DNA from: Alphaproteobacteria bacterium
Lineage (GTDB): Bacteria > Pseudomonadota > Alphaproteobacteria > SP197
Assembly (NCBI GenBank): GCA_964291265.2
Contig: OZ219747.1
Coordinates: forward strand, 736,001-800,000
Length of the DNA: 64,000 nucleotides
Direction: 5' to 3'
Made by a program: the position numbers and the translations under genes. This document shows positions 10,001-20,023 of the stretch, one piece after another. Position 1 is the stretch's first letter, and the number at the start of each line of letters is the position of its first letter. The notes under the pieces are model-generated. The model made no database searches, was not told where the DNA came from, and worked only from the letters and a program-made list of their open reading frames with translations.

Positions 10001-13000
10001 TCGCCGGGGGAACGGGTAACCTTCAGGGTCCCTGGTCGAACATCCGTACGGTGACCTTCAAGGACGACACCACGGCGGCGCTCACGCTGACCGGGACGCC
10101 GGTGACGGTGGCGCCCGGTTCCACGGCGACCTACACGGTGGCGCTGACGAAGGCCTATGCGGGGACACTGCGGGTGACGAGCGACGACACGGCGGCGGCG
10201 CGGGTCAGTCCGGCGAGCCTGACCTTCACCACCAGCAACTACAGCACGGCGCGGACGGTGACGGTGACCGGGGTGGCGAACGGCACGGCGGTGATCAACC
10301 ACGCCTTCCGTCTGACGGGAGCTTCTGCGGATGCGATTCCCGACGCGGGCACGGTGGACGTGACGGTGGCCGATACGCCGGGGGTGACGGTGTCGACGGC
10401 GGCGCTGACGGTGGCGGAAGGCGGCAGCAGGACGTACACGATGCGGCTGAACACGCCGCCGACATCGGATGTGACGATCACGGTGGCGGGCGCGTCGGGG
10501 GACGTGACGGTGACGGGCGCGTCGCTGACCTTCACCAGAGCCAACTGGAACCAGCCGCAGACGGTGACGGTGAACGCAGGCACGGACACGGACACGACGA
10601 CGGACGCCGCCGTAACGCTGACCCACAGCGCGTCTGGCGGCGGCTACGCCTCGGTGACCATCGCCTCTGTGGTGGTGAGCGTGGCGGAGAAGGATGTGGC
10701 GCCCGGGAAGCCGGCCGGCCTTGCCGGCGCGGCGGGCAACGCTTCGGTGACGCTGAGCTGGACCGACCCGGACAATCCGACCATCACCAAGTGGCAGGTG
10801 CGGCGGAAGGCCGGCAGCGACGACTGGGGCGCGTGGGAGGACATTCCCGGCTCCGCTGCGGGCACCACCAGCTACGAGGTGAGCGGTCTGACGAACGGCA
10901 CTGCCTACCAGTTCGAGGTGCGCGCGGTGAACGGGGCCGGCAACGGCGCCGGTCCGGATGCGCCGGTGACGGCGACGCCGGCGGCGCCGGTGGCGCCCGG
11001 CGGAGGCGGCGGTGGCGGTGGCGGAGGCGGCACGACGCCCACCGCAGACGCAAGCGTGACGGTGACACCGACCGCGCTGACGGTGGCGGAGGGGAGCAGT
11101 GCGGCCTACACGGTGGTGCTGGACACGGAACCCTCGGGCGAGGTCACGGTGACGGTGGGCGGCGCTTCGGGCGAGGTGACGGTGGAACCGGCGAGCCTGA
11201 CCTTCACCACGGCCAACTGGGACACGGCGCAACGGGTGACGGTGCGCGCGGCCCGTGACGAGGACACGACCGACGACACGGCGACGCTGACCCATGGTGC
11301 GAGCGGCGGGGGCTACGCTTCGGTGACCATCGATTCGGTGGCGGTGACGGTGACGGACACGACGCTCTTGCCGGTGCTGACCCTGGCGCAGGATCCGGCG
11401 GCGGTGACCGAGGGCGAGGCCATCCGCCTCGTGGTGAGCGCCGACCGGGCGCTGACGGGCAGTCTGCGGGTGAGCCTGACCCTGGCGTCCCGGGACGGCG
11501 GCGGCTTCGATGCCGGTGACGTTCCGGGCGGTCTGGGTCCGCGTTCGTTCGATGCGGTGTTCGGCGCCGCGGGGCGGCGAACGGGCGTGGTGACGATCCC
11601 GACGGCGGCCGATGCGGATGCGGAAGGCGCGGAAGCCTACCGCATCACGCTGAACGATGCGGCGGACTACGTGGTGGGGAACGACGCCACGGCGCTTGGC
11701 GTTCTGCGCGACCGGGCGGCGGGGTCCATGGCAAGGTCGAACCGGGTGAATGCGGCGGTGCTGCCGCACGTGGCGGCGGCGGCGATGTCGCAGACCCTGG
11801 GGGCGGTGACGGGTCGCATCGAGGCGGTGGCCTCCGGCGAGGGGGGCGGCACGGTGCAGTTCGGCGCCCTGCCGTCACCGGTGGAGGACGCGTGGGCGTC
11901 GCCGCACCCGGAGGAGCCCGGCCCGAGCATGGCCGAGGTGCTGGACGGCGCCTCCTTCACCCTGGCGGCGGGCGCCGAGGGCGAGGCCTCCGCGCCGCCG
12001 CTGGCCGTGTGGGGCCGGGGCGCGTGGCTGTCGCTGTCGGGTTCGCAAGGCGGCGTGTCGTGGGACGGCGGCCTGTGGTCGGCGCAGCTGGGGGCGGACG
12101 TGCGCCTGCGCCCCGACCTTCTGGCCGGGGCGGCGCTCTCCCATGTGCGGGGCGAGCTGGACACGCAGACGGACCAGGTGAAGGGCGTCCACGAGACCAC
12201 GATCACGTCGGTGCATCCCTATGCGGCGTGGTTGCTGGCGGACGGCTCGACCCTGTGGGCGAGCCTCGGCTACGGGACCGGCGAGGTGCGGATTGCCGAG
12301 GAGGGGGCGCCGGTGCGCAGCACGGACCTGGCGCAGTGGAGCGCGGCGGCGGGCGCCCGCAGCGTCCTCATCGAGCATGCGGACCTCATCGAGGGCGGCA
12401 TGACGCGCCTTGCGGTCAAGGGCGAGGGCGCGCTGGCGCGCCTGCGCACGGGGTCCGATGACGGCCTGGCGGGGCTGACGGCGAGGACGACCCGCCTGCG
12501 GCTGCTGCTGGAGGGGTCGCACGAGCACGCGCTGGCAAGCGGTGCGACGCTGACCCCGGCCCTGGAGGCGGGGGTGCGCCATGACGCGGGCGACGCCGCC
12601 GAGGGGGCGGGCATCGAGGCCGGGGCGAGCGTGACATGGCGGGACCCGGCGGAGGGTCTGACGGCGGAGCTGCGCACGCGGCTCCTGGCGGCCCACGAGG
12701 CGGACCGTGACGAGTGGGGTGTGAGCGCCCTGGTGCGCCTCGACCCCGGGGCCGACGGGCTTGGAACCTTCCTCGCCTTCGGTCCCGCGCACGGGCGCAC
12801 GGAGAGTGATCTGGGAGAACTGTTCGACCACGGCCTGCCCGCGGCCGTCTCCGACACGACATCGGCAGAGGGCCGCCTGGAGGCGGAGGCGGGCCACGGC
12901 TTCGGCCTCGCCGGTCCGGGGCCTCTCGTGGTGCTCACCCCCTGGGCGGGCTTGAGCCTGGCGGAGACCGGCGGGCGCACCCTGCGGCTCGGCGCCCGCT

Positions 13001-13101
13001 ACCGCATGGGCGCGGGACTCTCCCTCGGCCTCGAGGGCGCGCACCGGCCGGGGCCGGTCAGCGAAGACAGCCTCATGCTGCGCGGCGCCCTCAACTGGTA
13101 G
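7043..13101 (+). CDS. Giant autotransporter adhesin (FN3 and Ig/Calx-like repeats, C-terminal beta-barrel); leader out of frame at a poly-C tract
   Basis: 1973-aa ORF 7180-13101 with signal-like LAALFLITLAAALAPQVAQAQ, FN3 motifs and terminal W; the RBS-preceded ATG at 7043 is in another frame. Confidence 0.85.
7139..7151 (+). repeat. C13 homopolymer, candidate phase-variation tract
   Basis: 13 consecutive C between ATG 7043 and the main ORF. Confidence 0.8.
9145..9690 (+). repeat. Tandem duplicated FN3 module (about 275 bp x 2) in the autotransporter
   Basis: VPKPVL..VTLSWSAL..SWGYQYK..YTFRLFAAV..QSVWSDQV occurs twice with high DNA identity. Confidence 0.85.
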
Positions 13102-13223
13102 GAGAGCGAAACCGACCCTCCTCCCGGCAGCACGGCGCCCGTCGGATACCGCCGCGTCACGGCATCCGAGCCGTGTCTCGCGCCCATCGAAACGTTCAGT
13201 TCCGGACTCCCTGAACCGTCGGA

Positions 13224-13421
13224 TCACGGATCAGACAGATCACAGGGCCGGGCAACGGCGGCTCCTGTCCGCTTGGCGGCGGCTTCCATGTCCCTGTCCC
13301 GGACATGCGCACAGCGCAGTGTCATGGAACAGCGGCTGTGATCCGGGAGCTTGGCGACGATCGGCAATGGAATGCCGCTCGTGACTGCGTGCGAGGCAAG
13401 AGTGTGGTGCCTGCGCGCCAT
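13224..13421 (-). pseudogene. Tyrosine recombinase/integrase C-terminal remnant
   Basis: HTLASHAVTSGIPLPIVAKLPDHSRCSMTLRCAHV is a decayed RH..AS...LLGH....T.RY motif. Confidence 0.75.
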
Positions 13422-13454
13422 GACCAGACGCCTCGGGTCCCGTCAACGACGCCA

Positions 13455-13688
13455 CCTAAGCGTGCCTCGGCCTCCCTGCATCAGCGTGTCTGGACCGAGG
13501 GTGGCGCCGTTGAGAACCGCGGCGGTAACGAGACTTGCGACGACGCACGATCAGCCACACCTCATGCCCCGGGGAAAGGCTTCGGCGACCGCCCGGGCTC
13601 GCCGCTCTTCTGTCGTGATGTCCAGGAGATTGCCGACAGCCAGTCCCGACCATGAGGCCACGCTCGACGAGCATCAACAATCAATCAT
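13455..13688 (-). pseudogene. ADP-ribosylglycohydrolase, N-terminal fragment (frameshifted, internally deleted)
   Basis: Manual translation RGLMVG/LAVGNLLDITTEE and CG*SCVVASLVTAAVLNG; ATG overlaps the stop of the upstream gene. Confidence 0.65.
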
Positions 13689-14601
13689 GGTGTGCGCTTC
13701 GACCTGTGTCGTACGAGAACGAGGCGTGGATCAGCGCACCGTCCAGGACCAGTGCCTGGCCCGTCAGGCGACGCCCGCTCACGCGGTGTTCGCAACCGAG
13801 TCCGACACCAGGTGCGGTCTCGGCCGGTGACGCTCCCAGCCGCCTCATCCTCTTCAGGGCACTGGTGGCCGACGGGCGGCCCCTGGACGGCCTCGTTTCG
13901 AGGAAGTGCGACCTCACCAGCGCTCCCCAGTGTTCACGGAGAAGGTGCGGTGCACCGAAAAGATCCATGGCCGTGACATCGCTGCCGTATGCCACGACAA
14001 TGCCGCACTGCCCGGGAAGCGGGCCCCGGTCGACGAGGGCCTCGACTGTCTCCCTGCGGGAGTGATGCCGCCGGTAGGACTCCTCCAGCTCTTCGGCGGC
14101 GCCCGTCGATGAAGCGACACCTTCACGAAGCATCATGGCTGAGATGTCGTTCCAGATGGCGTGCTGATCGCTCTTGTGGTCCCCACTGACGCAGAAGGAC
14201 CTGTTGACGCTTGCCCTCTTGCCCTTGCGGATGCCTTGGGGCGCGAAGGCCTCCGCACGGCGCCATGCCCGGTGGCGGCCCCATCGCCCCTGTTCCAGGC
14301 ACGATACGGGAACATCGAGCCTGGATCCGGCCGGAACGAGAATGGTGGCGTTGATGGTGCGATTCTGCTTGCCGCCGGTGAAGTGCTCACCCTCGACGAT
14401 CAGGACCGGCCTGTCGGTAGGATTGGTCACCTTCAGTGCTCCGACTGTCGCGACATCGAACTCACTGACGATCAGTCCCGATGACTCGCCGGTGTCGATG
14501 ACCGGGAGAGCGTTGTCCTGCAGATAGACGGGGAAGAACGAGACGCCAAGGCGCGTAATGGGGGAACCTATGGCGGCGTTTTCAAGGCTGGGTATGGTCA
14601 A
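13681..14601 (-). CDS. ARPP-1 / DUF6569-like protein
   Basis: VLIVEGEHFTGGKQNRTIN and VPVSCLEQGRW motifs; ADP-ribose gene context. Confidence 0.75.
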   Translation of the reverse strand: MTIPSLENAAIGSPITRLGVSFFPVYLQDNALPVIDTGESSGLIVSEFDVATVGALKVTNPTDRPVLIVEGEHFTGGKQNRTINATILVPAGSRLDVPVSCLEQGRWGRHRAWRRAEAFAPQGIRKGKRASVNRSFCVSGDHKSDQHAIWNDISAMMLREGVASSTGAAEELEESYRRHHSRRETVEALVDRGPLPGQCGIVVAYGSDVTAMDLFGAPHLLREHWGALVRSHFLETRPSRGRPSATSALKRMRRLGASPAETAPGVGLGCEHRVSGRRLTGQALVLDGALIHASFSYDTGRSAHHD

Positions 14602-14619
14602 GCTGGGCTCCTTGGGTTT

Positions 14620-14668
14620 ATTGTGACACTGACAATTACATGGTGTTCGTTGTTGTCATTGCAACAAT
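14620..14668. promoter_or_regulatory. Two NrtR-type operator palindromes (GT-N7-AC)
   Basis: ATTGTGACACTGACAAT (14620-14636) and GTTGTCATTGCAACAAT (14652-14668) in the AT-rich divergent intergenic region. Confidence 0.75.
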
Positions 14669-14702
14669 TATTGTTCTGCAGGCGAGTCAGTGAGGAAATA
14701 CA

Positions 14703-15608
14703 GTGAGTTATCCGTTGTGTGCCGTCACCGTCGACGTAGCGCTCTTCACCATTGAGGACGATGCATTCAAGATTCTGCTGATCGAGCGAGGCGGGGACCC
14801 CTATCGCGGGAAACTCGCCCTGCCGGGTGGTTTCGTGCATCGAGATGAGGGTCTCGACGCGGCAGCTGCCCGGGAGCTGGAGAAAGAAGCCGGTCTCGGC
14901 CGCGGCGCCCGGCACCTTGAACAACTCGCTGCCTACGGCGATCCGGCACGGGATCCACGCATGCGGACAGTGACCGTCGCCTTCTGGGCCATCACCGCCG
15001 ATCTCCCCGAACTCCGGGGCGGCCGCGACACGGCAGCGGCCCGACTCCTCCCCGTGGACTGGATCGAGGACGGTGATCTTCACCTCGCCTTCGATCATGA
15101 CCGGATTGTCCGGGATGCGGTGGAACGCGTCCGCTCGCGACTCGAGACGACGACGGTCGCCGCACGATTCTGTCAGCCGGCTTTCACGGTGGCAGAGTTG
15201 CGCAGGGTCTACGAAGCGATCTGGAACATTTCTCTCGATCCGGGAAACTTCCAGAGATTCGTGCGCGACAGCGGCGCCTTCACACCCGAGCCATCCGCCA
15301 GGTCGATGTCTCTCGCAGAACCACCCTGGGCTCGGCTCCATTCGGAATCGTCCTTGGGTCAGCGTCCGTCAGGATGGAATGAGATTGACGCACCCCGGCC
15401 GACCGTAAGTTATAGCATCCGCGAGATAGGCAAGCGCAAGGAGAGGAGGGCGCCTTCATCCGATTCGGCATCGTCCCCCGACCTACCGGGGCCACGCGAG
15501 GAGACGAGGCACAAAGGGCGCGGACGGCCAGCATCCAGATGGATGCTGCGGGAAGGGCGCCCCCGTATGTTTGCCAGACCCATGCGCCGAAAGGCGGACG
15601 ACGCATGA
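14703..15608 (+). CDS. nrtR: NUDIX + winged-helix transcriptional regulator (NrtR family)
   Basis: VTVDVALF, ALPGGFV..DEGLDAAAARELEKEAG, RDPR, LAFDH, FTVAELRRVYE, DPGNFQR, GRPA. Confidence 0.85.
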   Translation: MSYPLCAVTVDVALFTIEDDAFKILLIERGGDPYRGKLALPGGFVHRDEGLDAAAARELEKEAGLGRGARHLEQLAAYGDPARDPRMRTVTVAFWAITADLPELRGGRDTAAARLLPVDWIEDGDLHLAFDHDRIVRDAVERVRSRLETTTVAARFCQPAFTVAELRRVYEAIWNISLDPGNFQRFVRDSGAFTPEPSARSMSLAEPPWARLHSESSLGQRPSGWNEIDAPRPTVSYSIREIGKRKERRAPSSDSASSPDLPGPREETRHKGRGRPASRWMLREGRPRMFARPMRRKADDA

Positions 15609-15619
15609 CGCCTCGGGAC

Positions 15620-15960
15620 GGGTCGAGCGGCACCAGGTCAAGGATGTTGTCCTGCAAGAATGTCAGGGAGGTTTCGCCATGACCGGCCAGTTCACCGGTC
15701 TTCGTCATCGGTGAACACAGGGGCCTTGTGCCGACATTCCATGACCTGCATGTCCTCGATCTGGAAGCCGAGGGCCTCCATGGCGCGGCAGCCCGGTTCA
15801 TCGAGGGACATGCAGCGCCGGCCATCCTTCATGACGCGGCCATGGCCGCTGTTGCCTCTTCTCTTCCCCTCCTCCGCCCTTCTCCCGGGGCGCCGTTCGA
15901 CGTGGCAACGCTCCGCGCCGAAAGGAACACGGGGAGGAACCGGACAGGAACTGCCGCACC
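15620..15960 (-). pseudogene. Degenerate copy of the 3' end of the Rieske oxygenase gene at 38515-39699
   Basis: DNA similar to about 38522-38920; DGRR..SLDE.GC.AMEAL.FQIEDM and GELA.HGETSLTF with frameshifts. Confidence 0.85.
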
Positions 15961-16269
15961 GCAGTTCCCGCACACGCGCTTCGGCGACATCGGCCAGGCC
16001 TCGTGGAACACCCTCCGGCCAGGCACCTCGCATGACGAGGGCTCAAGGCGGCAGACACAAGCCCCGCCCTCTTCCGGTCAGCTGCCGTACCGGACGTTGT
16101 GTCTCGTCGAGAGACCCCACGGCCTCGACCATGAACGAGACCGGAATGCGTCACCGGCTTCCCGTCGGCATAGTGTCTTCAGGCCCTGGCGCCGTCCAGC
16201 ACCGGCCATCACTGCGTGACCGATCAATTGCCAGGGGACCTGTCGTGAAGTCCCTGGACGAACCGGTGC

Positions 16270-17775
16270 TCAGTCCGCGTCTCGTGCTGGCAGATATCTG
16301 AAAGCCCACTCGTTGTAACTCGTTTCGCCGCGGTACCAGACAACGTCCTGGCCCGGCTCCTCATCGTGGTTCCAGCGCGGACGCACGCCTTTCAGGCCGC
16401 TCGAAAGGACCAGGCGACGCCTCTTCTGGCTGAGGCGGATCCGCTCGGCCAGCCCCTTGCTGTCCCAACGCCGCATGACGATGCCAAGGAGGCGCTGTTC
16501 CACCTCGGCACACTCCTGGTTGCCCGCCAGATTGTGCCATTCGTTCGGGTCGTTCTCCAGATCGAAAAGAAGTGGCGGATCGTCGGTGGAGCAGACGAAC
16601 TTGTACTGGCCTTGCCTGACCATGAAGATCGGCGCCGTCGCCGCTTCGGCCAGGTATTCGGCATAGATGGGCCGGTCGGATTCCTCGTCAAGCCTAGCGC
16701 CGAGGTCCTCCCCGTCCAGCGCTTCCACCGGTGAAGTCCAGCCGACGCCTTCAGCAATCCCCATGAACGTTGGCAACAGATCCACCAACGATACCGGCGT
16801 CCTGGCGCGGCGCGCGCCGAACTTGCCGCCGACCATGACCAGCGGCACTTTCAGCGATGGTTCGTAGAAGTGCTTCTTGAACCACATGCCACGTTCCCCG
16901 AGCATGTCGCCGTGATCCGACGTAAAGACAATGACCGTGTTGTCCCGTTGCCCGATCCGCTCCAGCGTCTCGATCAGCTGGCCGATCAGCTGGTCGAGAT
17001 AGCTGATCGACCCGTAGTACGCGCGGCGCGCGGTTCGGATGTCCTCGTCGGTAAAGTGAACATTCAGCATGCCGAAGTCGGACAACAGACGAACAGCGTG
17101 GGCATCGTGCTGCTCTTCTGACAGAGCCGGCACTGCGGGCAATGAAATGTCGCGATCTTCGTAGAGTTCCCAGAATTCCCCCTGGCAGAGGTAGGGCTCG
17201 TGTGGATGGGTATAGGATACCTGAAGGAAGAACGGTCGCGTATCGTCGGATCGTGCCGTATCGAAGAGGTGCTGCACGGCGTGGAACGTGACGAGATCAT
17301 CGAAATCGATCTGCATCGAACGCTCGCAAACACCTGCAACCGTCACGGACCGCGGATCATTCGTATCCCGTTTCCCCTCATCACCCCAGTTCGGCACCCA
17401 TGAGAAATCCGCGGGATAGAGATCCGCGGTCAGGCGGCGTTCAAAGCCATGGTGCTGGTCCGGTCCGACAAAGTGCATCTTGCCTGAAAGCGCGGTCTGA
17501 TAACCCGCTGCACGCAAGTAATGGGCATAGGTCGGGATGCTGGCAGGCAGTTCCGCCGCGTTGTCGTAGGCGCCGATTTTCGAGCAGAGTTTCCCGGTCG
17601 CCATCGACGCGCGGGAGGGAGCGCAGAGCGGAAAATTGCAATAGGCGGTTTCGAACACGGTACCCTCTGCGGCGAGACGATCGAGGTTCGGAGCATGGCA
17701 GATCGCATCGCCGTAGAAGCGCAGAAATTGCGCCGCCAACTGATCCACCTGGATGAAAAGGATGTTCGGCTGCAT
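16270..17775 (-). CDS. betC: Choline sulfatase
   Basis: PNILFIQVDQL, CNFPLCAPSRAS, YDNAAELPASIPTYAHYLR, GKMHFVGPDQ.HGFE.RLT.D.YPADF. Confidence 0.9.
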   Translation of the reverse strand: MQPNILFIQVDQLAAQFLRFYGDAICHAPNLDRLAAEGTVFETAYCNFPLCAPSRASMATGKLCSKIGAYDNAAELPASIPTYAHYLRAAGYQTALSGKMHFVGPDQHHGFERRLTADLYPADFSWVPNWGDEGKRDTNDPRSVTVAGVCERSMQIDFDDLVTFHAVQHLFDTARSDDTRPFFLQVSYTHPHEPYLCQGEFWELYEDRDISLPAVPALSEEQHDAHAVRLLSDFGMLNVHFTDEDIRTARRAYYGSISYLDQLIGQLIETLERIGQRDNTVIVFTSDHGDMLGERGMWFKKHFYEPSLKVPLVMVGGKFGARRARTPVSLVDLLPTFMGIAEGVGWTSPVEALDGEDLGARLDEESDRPIYAEYLAEAATAPIFMVRQGQYKFVCSTDDPPLLFDLENDPNEWHNLAGNQECAEVEQRLLGIVMRRWDSKGLAERIRLSQKRRRLVLSSGLKGVRPRWNHDEEPGQDVVWYRGETSYNEWAFRYLPARDAD

Positions 17776-17866
17776 CGTGTCACCGCCAACAAGATCGTGG
17801 ACAATCATACTATCCCAGGCCTACGCTGTGGCAAGGCGGAATAGCCCGAGATGAGGGAAAGCGCGG

Positions 17867-18541
17867 ATGGAGTGGAACTTTCTGGCGGTTCTGAGCGACG
17901 TCGATCTGCTGATGCTGGGACTTCTGAACACGCTGAAGGTCACCGCTCTCGCGCTTCTCTTCGGCGTGCCCCTGGGTCTCGTTCTCGCGCTGTTGCGGTT
18001 GTCAGGATTCCGCCCTCTCTCGGGCGTTGCGGGCTTCATCGTCGAGTTCTTCCGTACGACGCCGCCCCTTGTTCAGCTCTTCTGGTTCTTCTTTGCGCTC
18101 CCGCTCCTTGTCGATGTGCGGATGACACCGTTGATCGCAGCGGTTGTGACGTTCTCAATCCAGTCCTCGGCGTTCTTTGCAGAGATTTTTCGCGGAGGCA
18201 TCCTTTCTGTCGAAAAAGGCCAATGGGAAGGCGCCAGGGCCATCGGCATGACCTATTCGCAAAGCCTGCGCCGCATCGTCCTGCCGCAAGCCGTCAAGCG
18301 CATGATCCCGGCCTTCATGGAGCGATCGATCGAGCTCCTGAAGACCACGACGCTGGTTTCGACCGTGGCCTATACCGACCTCATGTTCCAGGCCAACGAG
18401 CTGGCGCAGAAGATCTTCCGGCCGCTTGAAGTCTACACCATTGTCGCGGTGATCTATTTCCTTCTGATCTTTGTTTTCAGCCAGGCGTCGATCTGGGTCG
18501 AGCGCCGTCTGGCCAAGTCCGGCGAAGGGACGGTCCGGTGA
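17867..18541 (+). CDS. Polar amino acid ABC transporter permease
   Basis: VEFFRTTP and AEIFRGGI..V.KGQWE (EAA loop). Confidence 0.92.
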   Translation: MEWNFLAVLSDVDLLMLGLLNTLKVTALALLFGVPLGLVLALLRLSGFRPLSGVAGFIVEFFRTTPPLVQLFWFFFALPLLVDVRMTPLIAAVVTFSIQSSAFFAEIFRGGILSVEKGQWEGARAIGMTYSQSLRRIVLPQAVKRMIPAFMERSIELLKTTTLVSTVAYTDLMFQANELAQKIFRPLEVYTIVAVIYFLLIFVFSQASIWVERRLAKSGEGTVR

Positions 18542-18553
18542 CCGGCAGCACTG

Positions 18554-19216
18554 ATGTATAACTGGGACTTCGCCACGATCCTGCAGAACTGGCCGGTCCT
18601 TTGGGTCGGCATCAAGGGCACGGTGTTCATCTTCGTGATCACCGTGATCCTGGGTCTTGGCGGCGGACTGGTCGTGGGCGTTGCCAGGTACGCAAGGTCG
18701 CCTCTTGTTTCCTGGCCCGCCCGAGCCTTTGTCGAGGTCTTCCGCAACACGCCGGTTCTCGTCCAGATCATCTGGTTCTTTTACGCCTTCCCGATACTGA
18801 CGGGGATTGAAACCGACCCGTTCCTGGCCGCTGTCCTTGGTATCTCACTCAACACGATGGCGTTCTCAGCCGAAATCTATCGCGCCGGCATCCAGTCGAT
18901 CGACAGGGGACAATGGGAAGCCGGCAAAGCCATCGGCATGACGTACAGCCAGACGATCCGGCGCATCATCCTTCCCGTCGCCGTCAAACGCGTCCTCCCC
19001 GCACTCACCAACCGGGGTATCGAGGTCTTCAAGATGTCAACCCTCGCCTCGGTCGTTGGCTACGTGGAAACGCTGAATCAGGCCAAGCTGATCGCGGACC
19101 TGAACTTCAACCCCATCGAAAGCTACACCGCTGTGGCGATCATCTTCTTTGTCGTTCTCTATCCCGTGGTCCAGGCAACCTATGTGCTTGAGCGCATGCT
19201 GAGAAGGGCCGACTGA
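18554..19216 (+). CDS. Polar amino acid ABC transporter permease
   Basis: VEVFRNTP and AEIYRAGIQSIDRGQWEA. Confidence 0.92.
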   Translation: MYNWDFATILQNWPVLWVGIKGTVFIFVITVILGLGGGLVVGVARYARSPLVSWPARAFVEVFRNTPVLVQIIWFFYAFPILTGIETDPFLAAVLGISLNTMAFSAEIYRAGIQSIDRGQWEAGKAIGMTYSQTIRRIILPVAVKRVLPALTNRGIEVFKMSTLASVVGYVETLNQAKLIADLNFNPIESYTAVAIIFFVVLYPVVQATYVLERMLRRAD

Positions 19217-19989
19217 TGTCCGAGATTCTCCGCATTGAAAACCTGCACAAGTCCTTCGGCGACCTGGAAGTGCTGAAGGGTCTCGACCTGACCGTGCAAT
19301 CGGGCGAGACCGTGGTGATCCTCGGTTCCTCCGGGTCGGGAAAGTCCACCTTGTTGCGCTGCGTCAATTTCATGGAAAACCCGACCGAGGGGAAGATCTT
19401 CGTGAAGGGCGGGTTGATCGGCACTGAGCGCAACGGCCGTATGCACTACAGGGAAGCCGAGCTGTGCGCACTGCGCGCGCGTATCGGCATGGTGTTCCAG
19501 CATTTCAACCTTTTCCCGCACATGACCGTCCTGGAAAACGTCATGGAGGGACAAGTGATCGTCCTGGGCCGGAACAAGGCGGAAGCCCGCGACAAGGCCA
19601 TGGCGCAATTGGACCGCGTCGGGTTGACCGAGAAGGCCGAGGAGTATCCCGCACGCCTTTCCGGCGGACAGAAACAGCGCGTCGCCATCGCGCGCGCCCT
19701 GGCGATGGATCCCGAGGTGATGCTGTTCGACGAAGTGACTTCGGCGCTGGACCCCGAGTTGGTGGGCGAGGTGTTGAAGACCATGCGCCAACTGGCCGAG
19801 GAAGACATGACCATGCTCTGCGTCACCCACGAACTGGGCTTTGCCTATCACGTCGCCAACCGCGTGCTTTTCCTGGACGAGGGCATGATCCTTGAACAGG
19901 GCGAACCACAACGTATCCTCAGGGACCCGGAAACCGACCGCATGCGCGAATTCCTCGACGGGCATTCGCTCTTCAGGCTGCCGGATTGA
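19216..19989 (+). CDS. Polar amino acid ABC transporter ATP-binding protein
   Basis: GSSGSGKST, LSGGQKQR, LFDEVTSALDPE. Confidence 0.95.
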   Translation: MSEILRIENLHKSFGDLEVLKGLDLTVQSGETVVILGSSGSGKSTLLRCVNFMENPTEGKIFVKGGLIGTERNGRMHYREAELCALRARIGMVFQHFNLFPHMTVLENVMEGQVIVLGRNKAEARDKAMAQLDRVGLTEKAEEYPARLSGGQKQRVAIARALAMDPEVMLFDEVTSALDPELVGEVLKTMRQLAEEDMTMLCVTHELGFAYHVANRVLFLDEGMILEQGEPQRILRDPETDRMREFLDGHSLFRLPD

Positions 19990-20023
19990 CGGCGGATCAC
20001 ACTCAACAAGAGAAGGAAAGACG

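Noticed and set aside
7626-13227. Long alternative-frame ORFs (450-686 aa) over the autotransporter
   Set aside because: Arg/Gly/His-rich shadow frames caused by codon bias; no motifs.
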